DNA of 62,545 bases, filler included, from Choristocarpus tenellus KU-1152 (Eukaryota; Protista; Phaeophyceae): NCBI GenBank assembly GCA_964200185.2. It is 12 parts of 12 records of this genome, joined end to end, with 100 filler letters (N's around TTAATTAATTAA, not from the genome) between each part and the next. Parts side by side here need not be neighbours in the genome. Positions count along the whole stretch, not along the records: positions 13,858 to 16,641 come from CAXNAD020024786.1; positions 16,742 to 22,876 come from CAXNAD020008861.1; positions 22,977 to 26,291 come from CAXNAD020020862.1; positions 26,392 to 40,044 come from CAXNAD020001421.1; 8 more parts are not named here. The stretch is one strand, 5' to 3'. Positions 13,960 through 26,557 of this stretch are shown here, piece after piece. The notes below the pieces were generated by a model. The model was not told where the DNA came from, did not search any database, and worked only from the letters and a program-made list of their open reading frames with translations. Both the position numbers and the translations under genes were made by a program. The stretch's first letter is position 1. Each line of letters starts with the position of its first letter.

Positions 13960-14303
13960 AATTGGACTACGTAGCTCTGGTGTAACTGATGAAGGAAGTG
14001 CTGTTCCTACCCCAGGTGCAACACTTTATTAACCCAAATCTGGGAGACTACACCGCTCCCATAATGGAGCACAACCAAGGGGTCATCAAGCTAGCCAACA
14101 GCCCACTCATTAGGAAGAGGACAAGGCACATCAACATAAGACACTACTTTGTTCGAGACGCTGTTGAAGCGGGAAAGGTAAACATCTACAAGACAGAAGA
14201 ACAGCATTCGGATGTGCTGACCAAGACATTAGATTTGAATACTTTGAATAGGCAAATTGGGGTATATCAACTAAAAATGGGACGGAAAGCATCTGGGCAG
14301 TGA
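13960..14303 (+). mobile_element. Copia RNase H fragment
   Basis: NQGVIKLANSP..RKRTRHINIRHYFVRDAV..EEQHSDVLTKTL, the typical Copia RNase H C-terminus. Confidence 0.8.
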
Positions 14304-15171
14304 TAGGTGTAAATGGGGAAAACTTAATTGGACGTACCTGGAATCAGTGGGGGATTCGGTGAACCAAAGATCAGGATAGCTGTTTAGAGGAAGTGATAGA
14401 AATATTTATTGGTATAAATTAATGGTTAAGTATACTGTTATTGAGGTGTTATTTTCTTCTAAACCTTTGTATTTTGGTAGTGGAACGCCTCAATAGGGAC
14501 GAGTGAATAAAGCTTTGGAGAGTAAACTCTTGTAGAGCAAAGTGGGGATATTTGTAGTTGGTGCTCTACAGACTTGTAGGATTATTTTTACAGGCGAATA
14601 GCGAGAGTATTTCTTCCCGCGCTTTAACCGGCGCGAGCAGTGTACGCGCGTGGGGAACCCCAAAAGGGGGAAATCCGATTTGTTAAAAAGTTGCAGAATA
14701 AGATTTGTAACTCGGGAAAGTCGCAAGAGTTCCCAGATGGAAAGGTCGCAAGGGTTCTCAGATATATTCCAATGTCTGTAAACCAAAGAAACCCCAACGA
14801 TAAATGATCATAAGAGATCCTAAAAACGGCTCCAAACAGCTCAGTTCTTCTGGCCTAGAGACCCCACCTATAGCACTCTCTCTTACTGATATCGAAAACT
14901 TACATATTTCTTATGCTGATTGATTCATTTGAGAGTACCCCTGTTCTGCTGAGCTGACGTTCGTTAATCTGGGTGTCCATGATTGTGCAACGTTAGTATT
15001 ACAAGAGGGCTTATGGTCTCGATTCCACTGACCAAATTGGTGGGTGAGACGAGCCTAAACAATTATTATTATTTCTATAGTGTGGGGTTTGCAATCGTCC
15101 ACACTAATTCACGATGATTCACTTATTAACTATTAAGTATAGAAAGTATATCTTGAACATGACAAAAATCA

Positions 15172-16353
15172 ATGGACACTATGAGTCGGTACATAAAATA
15201 TATCTGTCACTGGCTCTCCATCCTATCGCATAATCCACCGGTGGTGTCTATGTGTATCAGCAGCACTATTTACGAACAGCCAACGCCCGCCCAGATTCGG
15301 ATCACAGCTTTGATGGAAAGCTTGGTGCTTGGCTTGTATATGCGCCAAAAACGGCAGACAGGACAAGCAAGAACCATAAAAAGGGGGATACGTATGAGCA
15401 GGATTGTACTTTAGATCATTTGTGGTACAGGAAGTGGTACACGAAGGAGTTATTGCCTGCAATCAAGACTGAGATGTCTTGGTTGCAGGGGAAGCACGTT
15501 GTTGTTCAGCAAGACGGTGCCACCCTCCACATGGGTAAGGGCAACTCAGAAATCTCGTCAGAGCAGGGAAGACTGAGGGGTGGTTGATTAGGCATAAGAT
15601 GAAGTCATCTAACTCCCCCGACCTCAATATCATGGACCTGTGCTTCTTCACGTCTTTGAAATGCCGAGTGATGGGGGAGGGGGCAGAGCCGCGTCCGTTT
15701 TGGGATCAAAGTCCAATGTTGCAATTTTGATGTAATTTTGGCTAATGTTTTTGTAAGGAAGTATCAATATCCTTGCTCCGGACCCACCTTTTCATAACGT
15801 ATACATTTTACCTACTCCGAAACATTTCAGGGAAGAAGGTAAAATGTCGTAAAAATCCTGTGGGAAGCCAAGCCCTAAACGGCCAAACAGGGCAAAACTC
15901 GTACCCCCTCTAAGATACTTTCACTCTGTGCTTCTTCTGACCTTTGAAATGCCGGGTAATCGGGGAGCGGTTTGGGTCTATCAAGGAGATGGCGAAGTTC
16001 ATTAAGAAACAGTATGAGGAGTGTGATAAAACCACACTTGAGAGGGCTTGGCAGCTCCATTTTGTGGTGTACAGTCAATGACATAGATACAATGGGAGGA
16101 ATGACTTCGGTGTGGAGCACACAGGGGTAAGGAAGAGGCAGTTGTCTGGGTAGGTTGAAATCTCGCCGAAGGTAGGCATGGAGGCTTTTTCAGTGGCTGA
16201 TAAAATTGTGATGGATGGGGAATAATGATAATAAAAAGAGCTGACCCTAACCAGAAATTCGTCAAGGATTCCAAATCTTTTTTCAGAAATGAATTTCACA
16301 AACATCTTCAAATGTTATGGACAACGCAGCACAGACTTATGGCATGGAGGTAG
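15172..16353 (+). mobile_element. Tc1/mariner transposase relic (second, diverged family) with Stowaway-like right end
   Basis: ANARP..FDGKLGAW, VVVQQDGATLH, SNSPDLNIMDLCFFTSLK; GCATGGAGGTAG|TA at about 16342-16355 resembles a Stowaway-type TIR plus TA target. Confidence 0.8.
15680..15926 (+). mobile_element. MITE family A with left TIR lost, inside mariner relic
   Basis: Internal sequence and right TIR CCCTCTAAGATACTTTCACTC intact; left end replaced by duplicated host sequence. Confidence 0.88.
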
Positions 16354-16502
16354 TATATTAAAACTAAGCCTCGTTCGGAGGGTTTATTACGCGGGTCGTC
16401 CTGAGCGAGAATGGAGGTTGCAAAAGTTATGTTACGTTTAATTGCGAACAGAAGAAGTACCTAGGTTCAAAAATATATTCATGGGTTATGGGGGTATTTC
16501 AC

Positions 16503-16575
16503 AGTCTGAGCATCAGAGGGGGGGTGCGGTCTACACCAGGGTGTCCATTTTGGGCCAAAACCAGGAAAAGTGCAA
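16503..16575 (+). mobile_element. MITE family B, left fragment
   Basis: GGGGGGGTGCGGTCTACACCAGGGTGTCCATTTTGGGCCAAAACCAGGAAAAGTGC matches family B. Confidence 0.75.
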
Positions 16576-17750
16576 AAGGATTTTAATATCTGAGTGTATG
16601 TGTACCTTGTTATCTTTAAACATCTTAATATCATGAGTTTTNNNNNNNNNNNNNNNNNNNNNNNNNNNNNNNNNNNNNNNNNNNNTTAATTAATTAANNN
16701 NNNNNNNNNNNNNNNNNNNNNNNNNNNNNNNNNNNNNNNNNGCGCGGATGTGTATTTGGACTAAGATCAGCTCCCGAAGGGACCTGTCCGTCACAATAGT
16801 AACTATTGCCAATTTAGTATCCAAACACATAACCATGAATAGATCAACGAGATGCTTTTTTTTTGGTTGCAAATTATTGTTGACTATGGGAGAGTTGAAT
16901 ATTTTCAGATCAGATGAGACACTTGAGGTCCTGTCATAAAGGTGTATCATGCCAGAATTCACCATGGTTGTTCACTCTCATGGTGGATGTTTCTCAATTG
17001 TTAATGTTGTGTTGAAGATGCTATTTTTCCCAAGACTCATTCATGTATGTAAATGTGTTGATTGTTTCTGTGGTAGAATGGAGGGGAGTGACCCTCTCAG
17101 TCAGAGAGTAGTAGTACTGGAGCCAGCAACCAATCTTCTGTCATCTACCAATTCCATCAATCTGCTGATCACCAATCATAGTATTCTATTCCTCTCATGT
17201 TCTCATAGAACTTTTCATATCAAACTTGTCAACCGACGCTTTTCTTCTGTCAAACCCAATTGTAGTTGCTCGTCTCAATGTCTCCACATCTTCTTTAACA
17301 CATAAGTTCAAGCAAATTCTTGATTTCATGGTAAATGGAGATTGGTGTAGCTGCTCTTTGATCAGACTCAGCAACTGAGGATACCTCCAATAATATCTTT
17401 GGAGACCTTGTGGGCAACCTCAAGCCAGTATAAGCCATAAAGGTTTTTACTTGTCAAAAAGTACATTCTATATATATTTATTATGTAATGCCACAGTGTT
17501 ATGATCGGGAAGATATAATTTTCAGAACACGCTGATCAACCATGGTCATCATGTTCTGGCATTGTGTATTTTACAAAGGTTTCACAGAGGGGCTGATGCC
17601 CATAATGACTCCACTCAAGTTAAATCTGGGTTTGGCTCTGTTGCTGCTCATAGTTGAATCTCGTTAAAGACCATCATCACATGATTCATCATCACATCTT
17701 CCAAAATGTTACCATCAATTCATGTTGTGTTTATGTTGATGTTTCTGCAG

Positions 17751-18128
17751 AGCAACCCAGCCTGCTTACCACCTGTCCAGCGTGCTATTTGGCATACCAG
17801 GACATTGTGTCCTGTGACTGGTGGGGAAAGCACACCACCCCATGTCTGGTCTCCACATGAGTGTGACCACACAGCAGTGTACTTGACAGAAAAAAGGGAT
17901 ACTCGGCAGGAATGTTCAGGTAAAAGAAGGCGGAAATGTGCACAGATATCTTCACAGGACTCAGATAAATTGACAAGTAGTGGTTGGAAGGGTGTGAATG
18001 GGCAGGAAAGGAAGGATAATACTCTGCTGGAAGAAAACACAGATAATTCTGATGATGCTGAAGAGGACACAGCTGTGATGGAAGCTATGGGTTTTGGAGG
18101 GTTTGGTTCCAGGAAGAAGAGGAAATAG
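17751..18128 (+). CDS. Probable terminal exon of an unidentified protein ending in acidic tract plus MGFGGFGSRKKRK
   Basis: Acceptor GTTTCTGCAG at 17741-17750, then an open frame to TAG at 18128. The C-terminal EEDTAVMEAMGFGGFGSRKKRK resembles MGFxGFGS tails of several splicing/nuclear proteins (e.g. ZMAT2/Snu23), but the rest of the exon does not identify it. Confidence 0.55.
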   Translation, partial: SNPACLPPVQRAIWHTRTLCPVTGGESTPPHVWSPHECDHTAVYLTEKRDTRQECSGKRRRKCAQISSQDSDKLTSSGWKGVNGQERKDNTLLEENTDNSDDAEEDTAVMEAMGFGGFGSRKKRK

Positions 18129-21100
18129 ACATGTGGAGGGTCACATCTCGTGTCTTTGAATTATTATTGCTTGAACGGGTTGGTGTTAAAGCTTGTTTTC
18201 TAATTTATGGTGTAACAAGTAGTTGATGACTGACAAGATGTTCAATCAATCTCGCCCTCAACTAAGGACATGCAAACCTGTGCATAGCACTTACGAAGTT
18301 GTGCAGTGAAATGAACTGAAGTTAGATGCATCGAAGTGATGTTCAAGGGGGAGTAAACATCCTTCCTAGTCCCGCCATGACCAGATTTTGTGTAATGTAT
18401 TAGACTGGTTTACTATATGAAAGCAAGACAAGCACTCATGGTACTGGTTGTTGAGGAATGGGATTGACGGTTATATGGGCAACGGCATCAACATCAACCA
18501 GAGAGACGACTCTGTCTTCACTGTTAATATAGGTTGATTAATGACAGGCATCCATTACAATGGAAAGAAATTGAACAATCTAATTTGCTGCTTGCCCAAC
18601 ACCAAAGAAAATCCTACTTTGAAATGATAAGGCCTCAAGAGTTGTGACAGATCACATGTCACTTGCCTCACCACTTCTCTGATGCCAGGTCCTTAGGTTC
18701 ATTCTGTTCAAAGACTAAGAATTATGGGTTTCTCCAACACATACTTTTGAACTGTTTGAGAAGCCCTACCTGACTCCTTCTCAAGAAAATTTGAAGCTCT
18801 ACTAACATCCATGTGGTGGGTTCCAATACGTGTGCATGGGAGAGGTACCTACCTCCTACACATGAAAATACTGCAGACGGCATGGATACATATCTAGTAT
18901 TATACTATTTTCACATTCTGTGAGGATTGTCACGACCCTTTTTAGCCACACTACACACTGCACTACTTACACATTATTGTAACCATATCTATTGCACTTT
19001 GCTTTGACTAGTTGAAGTGACTATTGTTGCCTTGTTTCTTGCACATTGGGTTTGAGCCATCCAATTGCTTTTCCTCATTACATGACCTCACACACAATAT
19101 CTCTAGCCCAACACCATGATAACCGCAAGGCACAATAACTTGGTGGAAGCAAAGAAGACTGCTTTTCAAGATTCATCTTCTCTTTGATTTCCTTGCAAGA
19201 AAGTCATCACAACCCACTCCTCTTGATCCCATACAAAACCAAAGTAATGAATGATGTTGGCAAGACTTTGATGAATAGGATGTTTGCACAATGAGCTAGC
19301 TCTTAGTACGTTTCTTTTTTGTGCACGACGAGTTCATTTTGTGTGTCGTCATGTGATGACAAGTGTTGAGACATCCTGTTTTTATCCTTAAGATGTAACC
19401 CCAACTGCGATAAACATGCAGTTCTTCACAAACTTCTGCTACAGTTGAACCATGAGCAGAAATTGTGTTAATCGTTGACAGTCTTAACTTCGGAACTCAT
19501 TTGGCAGGAGAATATAGAACATAGAGTACTGGGCAAAATGCAAACAGCAAAGTATACCAAGAGCACCAATACATTGATAATAAAATGTAACCTGACACAT
19601 CTGCAAAATGTCAGAGTGCATAATAATAAAATTCATTCATCCACGTCCAAACAACCATACCATTGTGTATCTTCACGAATGCTGGAAATTTCATATCTAG
19701 CAACATCACCTAGTTGCCATAGTCGGACTTTGTAACTCAAACTACGTACGTCCTTGTCAGGTTTACCACCATCATCCTCATCTTCACCTTCCACGCTTCT
19801 CCATCAATACCCTTACCCACACATTTTCCTGTCATTTCCGTACATTGCTTCCCTCTCTCTTCCCTCATTCACATATCTCTGCTGCCTGTTGTTTCTGGAC
19901 ATAAAAGAAGTCGCATGTTCGAAGCACCAGACATCTAGTACGAATAAGGAATATGCGCTTGACCGATCCTTCTGGCAAACAACAGTGACATAAGGTTTGA
20001 TAATCAATGCTAAGCATTGCTCAAATCATCACTCAATCATCAAATTCTAACTTTGAACACTTCCAAGCGTCGTTCTCATGACCAAAAGTCATCTCCTTCA
20101 TGCCCTACACGACAACAATGGGCCTTGCCGCACATAATAAGGCTGTATTGGGGCAGCTTCTAGAAAAAAATCAAAGTCTCACCCATTTCCTCTAGTAGGA
20201 ATAGTCCTTATACTTGTGGTTCTGGCAAACCTCAACATCGGCGTCTTTCTTAAGCAGAACGGAACTGACACTATCCGCCCATATTTCAGTTTGACCTCCA
20301 ATTTGCATGCTCTACCCTGTTCAGAGTCTATCATCTGTGCGATACCCTACCAGAACAAGTACAGTGGCAATGTGCGAAGTTCTGATCACCACAAATTATG
20401 GAGGATAACTTCCAACAGCACCCTGTAGTACCTCAAGTCCACGTTGTGCATAAAAGAGGTTTGCAGCTTGTAAAAAGATATGAATATTTTTCAATGTAAA
20501 TCAAGTGATACGGAGAAAAGGAGTTTTTTTCAAAACAGATGCCAGACATACCTCACAAAGGTATTAAAATAGTTTACGACAGAAGCAGTAGTACATCACT
20601 GATACTTCCAAGAACAATCCCAACCATTCATTCCCTCATTGTGCAGACACTGAGTGTAGCAATGGAAGTGCGATGTCCAGGTATTGTTGCTAGGATGGTG
20701 AAAGTTAGTGTCTGTTTCGCAACGACAAATGAAGAATATGACTAACACCTCATGGGGCCTGACGACAACTATTGATGAGATATCTCAGATAGGATACTTG
20801 TCCCCTTACTATTGGCAGGTACTCATCTACTCCTAGATTGATTCCCTGCAACTCTCAGAAATATGTTATGATATGTGCAGTTCATGAATGAACGATCGCT
20901 TATCATCGTTGTTTATAACTTTTCTCAAAATGTACTTATCAATGACATGTGTATCAATGACAATCTTTCATTCATAAAACTGCTCACACTATAGCATATC
21001 ATTTTCAGATAGGGGAATCGGGACAAGGGTGGACAAGAAGGTACCTAGCGTGAGAAGAGAAAGCTGACTCAAACATCTCATAATTGTTGACACAAAAACT

Positions 21101-22118
21101 CCATCCAACAGGTGTGTGTCACATCCTTGACTTGTGGAGGATTCGATTGTAATTTCTATCAGCTGTCCTATTTTGCTCCAGGTATGCAATATAAAGAGAA
21201 CCTTCACAACACTGGAACTGGTGGTCAGTGTGTCGAGTTGAACAAGGGCAAGGTTAGTACATACTTTCTTTCGCCAAGTGATGAAGTTAGTGAAGGGTTG
21301 GTAAGTCATTGTTGGTTGCGGGTTGACTTAGGTCTGATGTGGCTTGTTGTCAATTATAACGTTCAAGATGGAGTATTATGTGAGGCATTGAAAATAACAC
21401 TACTACTATGCGACTCTTTTTCCATCTGTTCCAACGTCTGTTGTTGGTCCAGATTGTTAGAGATTCATTTTTGTTAAGCTCAGAGGAGTCAGGATTGTTG
21501 GAGATGATGTCAAACTTCCAGGAGAGCAAGCCTATGGGGGTATGACTATCTCATAAATATGATCCCACCAGTAAGCTGGGTGATCTGTGCTTCAGTACAT
21601 GTGCAGAATGGATATATATATAACAACGACCAGTAATGGAGAGGTGTTGGTGAACATTTTTGAAGAGGTAAGAGAACGTATGGTCCAAGAGGAACAGAAA
21701 GGTATATTATGTCAAGTTGTTGAGGTCCTAACATACACGTCAACTTAGGAAAGAAGGTATTTTTGTACTGCTAAAAAAATGATTTCTTGAGTGGTTATTA
21801 TGAAGAGTTCTGTAGTATTCTTTGTAGTGGAGTGAAGATTGAACTTAAGAAACCATATTTATGAAAACCAAGAAATGCTCACAATATGATCATCTGTAGC
21901 TGAAAAAGCGTATGGGTTAAGGTTTGTGTACTATGAAAGTGACACAAAGTGCTGATTACTGATACATATTCTTGCACAAAAGAGCTGTTCGAATAGAGTA
22001 TTTAATTTATGTGGTATAAATGAATAAATTGGTGGAGTGAGCACCATCCCTCGAAGGGGGGAGGGGTGCCCTGCCTCGTTACCTACTGAGCACGTCAGCA
22101 GACACGTCAGAAAGGGTC

Positions 22119-22876
22119 TGTGTCAGTCGCACTGCATCAGTCGTTCTGCGTCAGTTGTCCTGCGTCAGTCGTCCTGTCCTGTGTCAGTCACATTTAGCAA
22201 ACCAAAAGGAAACAAACGACCCATTCCATATTTGAACCCATGACTCTGACTGACCTTGCAGAAGTAAATGATTGATAATTAAGACACTCAGCTAACATTT
22301 TTTTTTCATTCATACTACTGATTACCAAAAACGTTATGAAAACCTACAGACTACCAGCCTATATTGCACACTCCCCCATGAGCGTGCGGCAAAGTTGCTG
22401 ACAAAAAAGCTAAAAAAGCTCACCCCTGATGCGAAAGCACAGAATACACAAAATCAGAAATAAGGCTTTTGCACAAAGACTTGGTCAAAATGTCGGTCAG
22501 CTGTTTTGATGTAGGAATGTATCGTATGTGGAACAGACCCTGATCCATGTATTCTCTGGTGCACTTGAGGTTAATGTCCACGTGTTTGGTTCTCCTGTTG
22601 AAACCTGTGATGCTGGTCCTGCAGTACGCCAATCTCACCCAGAATGCCTCTAAGGAAGATGCAGTGGTGCATGCCGTATGCCATTGCCGTCCACTCTGCC
22701 TCCGAGCTGGAGAGGGTGACGGTGCATTGAAGCTTGGAGCACCAGGTGATTGGCTATCCGTTGAACAATAGTAGGTAACCTGTGACGCTCCTGCGTGTTT
22801 GAGATTCGGTTCCCCAGTTGGAATCCCCATGACCCACCAAGAGCTTTCCGTCCGCTGCGTTAATATCTTTACCCCC
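22119..22876 (-). mobile_element. Copia RNase H end, polypurine tract and probable 3' LTR
   Basis: RRTKHVDI..YIPTSKQLTDILTKSL (22420-22620). On the minus strand GGGGGAG is followed by TG at about 22370 (PPT/LTR start). The LTR far end is approximate. Confidence 0.6.
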
Positions 22877-22976
22877 NNNNNNNNNNNNNNNNNNNNNNNN
22901 NNNNNNNNNNNNNNNNNNNNTTAATTAATTAANNNNNNNNNNNNNNNNNNNNNNNNNNNNNNNNNNNNNNNNNNNN

Positions 22977-23018
22977 CCCAAATGGACAGCCGCCACCCCC
23001 TCCCAGATACTTTGAGCC
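22977..23018 (+). mobile_element. MITE family B, right end at contig start
   Basis: CCCAAATGGACAGCCGCC..CCCAGATACTTTGAGCC. Confidence 0.8.
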
Positions 23019-24043
23019 TTCTTTGGCAGTATCAGGTTCTGGAATAGATCTTGCTCCCTACAGGAGAAGGCAGCGATCAAAGGTCCAACCGCCCAAGTTG
23101 GTGGACAACTCCAACTATCGTGATTGGAGAAGGCGGTTCATGATCCACTGTAAGTACACTGGCTTTTTATCTGCCCAAACTGCCCCAAGACCAATCAATC
23201 AGGAGCGATCGCAGGAGGAACTACACGCTGATGGGTTCAGTACGAATGAGATTTGGATGGCTGAGGAAGCATATTATATACTCACCCTTGCTCTTGTTGC
23301 CCCTGCCGCGGAGGATCCGTGCTGCACGCACCTGAGCCCTAGCGAGCTTTTTGCAGCTGTGGATGACTGGTTTATACTGGACACAGTGGACAACAGCCAA
23401 GATTTATTTCAACAATTCTTCTCTTCAAAGGTGGAGAAGGGAGCTAACCCGCTCCTCACTCCAATGGAACTTGAGTTCTTACAGAGCTGGATGATGACAA
23501 TGGGCCTCGTCATCTGTGAAAAAAACTACTCAGTTTCTGAGTGCGCTGGGGTCTGATTATGACACTGAGGTACACATGATGGCTTCTTCGAGCTCGTTGT
23601 CTCCAGCGGACGTCAGGAAGGCGATCTGTGAGAGATACGCATCAATATCGTCAAGGGACAAGCAACGTTTCATCAAAAACGAAGAACCGTCATGCTCTCT
23701 CGTTGCTGGGAGTTCAACGACTGGAAATTCAAGACATGAAAAGAGTCAGCCTCATCGTAATGGCCAAGGTCGCGGAGGGGGCCGTAAATTCATGGAGGAA
23801 ACAAGAAGAATGGTTCTAACTCTAACCCTCAAAGTTCGGAGAAGATTCCTTGTGAGAGGTGTGGGAAGAATGGACATGAGAAGGTAGCTTGCCCAAGCCG
23901 CATTTGCCCCAAGTGTGTTGGACGTGCTCATGGTGCTACAACATGTACTTCTCAGTGTTTATGACCACGGTAGTAGCTGGAGGAAAAGGACAATACCGAG
24001 GTAGAATCTTCCCCCATTACTATGGAAAGTGTGAGCAGCAGCG

Positions 24044-24297
24044 GACCTATCTTAGAGGATAGAACCACGTCCATTTGGTGGCCAAAATCCAATGTTGCAA
24101 TTTTGAGGTAATTTTGGTTATTGTGTTTGTTAAAGAAGTGTCAATATCCATGTTCCGGACACACCTTTTCATAATGTATACATTTTACCTACTCCGAAAT
24201 ATTTCGGAGTAGGAAAATTTCGTAAAAAATCCCAAGGGAAGTCGAACCTGAATGGACAAACAGAGCAAAACTCATAACCTCTGAGATACTTTCACTC
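24044..24297 (+). mobile_element. MITE family A inserted in Copia, TSD AGCG/AGTG
   Basis: AGCG|GACCTATCTTAGAGG ... CTGAGATACTTTCACTC|AGTG (left TIR partly deleted). Confidence 0.88.
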
Positions 24298-25476
24298 AGT
24301 GGCAACAACGAGCAGTACGCATTACTGGCCGCCACTGAAGACTCTCTGAGCAGCAATGCTCAAGGCAAATGTGGGGTAAATGAGTGTCTGGTGTCAAGTG
24401 TTGGGGTTGGTACACGAAAAGAAGAGTGGATTTGTGATAATGCGGCCTCATGTCACATGACAAACATGAAGACTTGCATGACCAACTACAAGCCTTGTGT
24501 AGTCGATCGAAGGATATAATTATTGCCAAGTCAGAATTCCTTCAACATTGCAGGTCATGGGGATCTAACTATCTTGCTTCCCTCGCGTTACAATAAGGAA
24601 GTGGAGATACTGCTTCAGAATGTCGCTCATGTCCCAAATCTTGGATTTAACCTCTTTTCTTACCAAGCTGCAGCAGACATGGGTGCGAAATGTACTGGCA
24701 CAGCTAGTACGTTCTCACTTTTAGATGGCAAAGTCATTTTCAAGAGAATTCCTGGTTGTCGCTACACCCTGCACGGTCAACATATTTTGCTGTGACCATC
24801 TAAAATTGCTGGCACAGCTTTCAAAGCTACCATTGCCCCCTCATGCACACACCCAAACAACTTTGCCCCCCACGCTGAGGTGGATATTATCCATTTCCAT
24901 CACGTGTATGGCCATGCTCACGAGGCCTTGCTCAAGTCTACTGCCTCTTCAATGAGCATTACATTGGTAGGGGAGTTGGAGGCATATGCTGGCTGCTCCA
25001 TGAGTAAAGGCGTACGGAAGGGGATCCCGTCCAGCACGTCTTCACAGGCGGTGAGAAAACTGTTTGTTTTTTTAACAATCTAAGCGGCAAGAGGGCTACC
25101 CTTTCACTAGGCGGTAAGCGCCACACCATGATAATTTGGGACGACTGTTCTCGTTTTGTTTGGTTGTATTTCCTTTGTCTCAAGTCGGATGCTGCGGAAG
25201 CTTCAAGAAGTACCTACCTGGCTGATATCTAGGCTGTAGTACTCCCTCTCGAGTCATGTGCATGCGGTCTGATAATGAGGGGGAGTTTTATGAGGGTGCT
25301 TTCGGTGCTCGTTGCCGTGAACATGGGATTAAACAGGAGTTCACACCTTCAGACAGCCCTCGATTAAATGGGGTTGCTGAACACATGCTGGATATCATTG
25401 ATGAAGCTTCATTAGCTGCCTGCCTTCAAGCTCCCCGACTTTTCCCCCATGTCACTATCCCCAAGACAGACTCTCT

Positions 25477-25728
25477 TAGTCAAAGTATCTCTGAGGGTAG
25501 AGCCATGTCCATTTGGGGGCCAAAATTCAATGTTGCCATTTCGATATAATTTTGGCTATCGTGTTTGTTAGGAAGTATCAATATCCATATACTCGACACA
25601 CCTTTTCATAACGTGTACATTTTGCCTACCCTGAAACATTTTGGAGTAGGTAAAATGAAATAAATAACCTCGTGGGAAGTCAAGCTCCAAACGGACAAAC
25701 AGGGCAAAAATCGTACCCTCTTTCACTC
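25477..25728 (+). mobile_element. MITE family A inserted in Copia integrase
   Basis: TAGTCAAAGTATCT ... CCCTCTTTCACTC; removing it plus one target copy restores KTDSLWAEA. Confidence 0.9.
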
Positions 25729-26179
25729 TCCATGGGCTGAAGCTCAACACTATATCTGTGACTCGCTCAATTGCACTTTGACCACGGCTAATCTGGGTTG
25801 TAAATCACCGTATGAAATGTGGTATGGTACCCCTGCGCCCCTGTTGACCTACCAATTTCTTCAACCTGGTTTTTGCCGTCTCAGTGAGACCCGTAAGACT
25901 TTCCAAAAGGCTCAATGGTGCTTTTACCTGGGGCTGGGGATCAGTCACACCCTCATGATGCGTAACATGTTCTTACTCTGACCGGTGCCATTGTTACTAT
26001 GCGTAACCTGACCTGACTGTCCACTAATAACCCCAGTCTTGCCTCAGTAGGAGAGGTTGCCCCTGCTTTGCGAAAGGGGAGGGGACTTGATGCGGACCCT
26101 CGTTCTGAGGACAACTTTTCCAATCCCGAAGCAGGTGGCCCACCATTAGATGTACAGTCGTTTTGTTCATCTCGCTCCT

Positions 26180-26291
26180 GGCCTAAAATATCTGGGGGAA
26201 GGGTGGGGGGGGTCTACACCAGGGTGTCCATTTGGGCCAAAATCAGGAAAGTGCGTTTACATTATCCATCCGACGTATGCAACCAAATCAC
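26180..26291 (+). mobile_element. MITE family B, left part at contig end
   Basis: GGCCTAAAATATCTGGGGG..CTACACCAGGGTGTCCATTTGGG..TGCAACCAAATCAC. Confidence 0.85.
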
Positions 26292-26391
26292 NNNNNNNNN
26301 NNNNNNNNNNNNNNNNNNNNNNNNNNNNNNNNNNNTTAATTAATTAANNNNNNNNNNNNNNNNNNNNNNNNNNNNNNNNNNNNNNNNNNNN

Positions 26392-26557
26392 GGGGGGGGG
26401 GGGGTGAGGTCTACACCAGGGTGTCCATTTGGGTCATAACCAGGAAAAGTGCACTTAGACATTATTTGACATATGCAACCAAATCACCCAAGATTCGTGA
26501 CATTAATAATTGGCCCCATATGGACAGCTGCCACCTTCCCCCCAGATACATTGAGCC
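26392..26557 (+). mobile_element. MITE family B lacking left TIR at contig start
   Basis: Poly-G, CTACACCAGGGTGTCCATTTGGG ... CCCAGATACATTGAGCC. Confidence 0.85.

Larger units (their letters stand above)
23023..26179 (+). mobile_element. Ty1/Copia LTR retrotransposon relic (gag, protease, GAG-pre-integrase, integrase)
   Basis: gag NYRDWRRRF; two CCHC knuckles CERCGKNGHEKVAC (23851-23892) and CPKCVGRAHGATTC; protease EEWICDNAASCHMT (24421); HHVYGHAHE...CSMSK; integrase MRSDNEGEF..GIKQEFTP.DSP.LNGVAE; SPYEMWYG. Copia domain order; many disablements; two family-A MITEs inserted. Confidence 0.9.
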
